DNA of 13,163 nucleotides, taken from IMG/VR virus record IMGVR_UViG_3300045988_075523, positions 1-13,163 of that record; one strand, 5' to 3'. Numbering within the stretch: position 1 is the stretch's first letter; each line of letters starts with the position of its first letter. The position numbers and the translations under genes were made by a program. This document shows positions 13,026-13,163 of the stretch, one piece after another. The notes beneath the pieces were generated by a model. The model was not told the DNA's origin, did not search any database, and saw only the letters and a program-made list of their open reading frames with translations. This stretch comes from a virus.

Positions 13026-13163
13026 TCGTTCAATAATTGAACGCAATCCCGTGTCCGTATACGGCGTACAATCTGTCCGTGACGGACGCACAATCAGCCA
13101 GAGTGTCCGTGTACGGCGGACATTTGGGGAAAAGTGTCCGTGTACGGCGGACGGGAGTATCGC
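13026..13163. repeat. Right inverted terminal repeat (138 bp)
   Basis: Exact reverse complement of 1-138. Confidence 0.97.
13028..13042. promoter_or_regulatory. 15-bp palindrome copy 8 (ITR mirror of copy 1)
   Basis: Exact 15-mer at the inner edge of the right ITR. Confidence 0.8.

Larger units (their letters stand above)
1..13163 (+). mobile_element. Complete linear genome of a small phi29-like, protein-primed podovirus (ITR to ITR)
   Basis: Perfect 138-bp ITRs lie at the exact window ends. The phi29-type gene set is present: protein-primed PolB, gp16-like ATPase, scaffold, MCP, gp9-like knob, gp10-like portal, holin and lysin. No lysogeny genes seen. Confidence 0.85.

Noticed and set aside
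1-13163. Alternative identities for an ITR-flanked PolB element: linear plasmid, casposon or polinton-like element, or transposon with TIRs.
   Set aside because: The window encodes a full podovirus structural and lysis module (scaffold, HK97-type MCP, portal, tail knob, packaging ATPase, holin, endolysin). It has no Cas1, integrase or transposase, and there are no flanking host sequences or target-site duplications.

Overview
This window reads as a complete genome, not a fragment. Bases 1-138 and 13026-13163 are perfect inverted terminal repeats (ITRs), giving a 13,163-bp linear genome of a very small phi29-like (protein-primed, Picovirinae-type) podovirus. The host is probably Gram-positive: GGAGG-type ribosome-binding sites, a BhlA-like holin, a GH25 lysin and Spo0J-type parS sites.

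Gene order on the + strand: early promoter, small ORF, putative terminal protein, protein-primed family-B DNA polymerase, second early promoter, an acidic-tailed ParB-HTH-like DNA-binding protein, p5-like SSB, gp16-like packaging ATPase, a GC-rich structured spacer, scaffold, major capsid, gp9-like tail knob, gp10-like portal, putative lower collar, three fibre or receptor-binding candidates, holin, endolysin. One acidic ORF is transcribed inward from the right end. I saw no integrase, repressor, tRNA or CRISPR array.

Signals that ordinary annotation does not explain:
1. An exact 15-bp palindrome, GTTCAAT(A/T)ATTGAAC, occurs 8 times. It sits at both early promoters, just 5' of the SD of several late genes, and twice inside coding sequence.
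2. Two perfect copies of the chromosomal ParB/Spo0J parS consensus TGTTTCACGTGAAACA, plus degenerate copies, lie at module boundaries next to the 15-mer.
3. The ITRs contain reiterated GTCCG..CGGAC units.
4. An ~80-nt closed three-hairpin RNA fold with complementary loops lies downstream of the packaging ATPase (pRNA-like candidate).
5. A candidate cognate DNA-binding protein carries a tandem-repeat acidic tail.

All homology statements rest on motifs recognised by eye or from memory and need HMM or structure searches.
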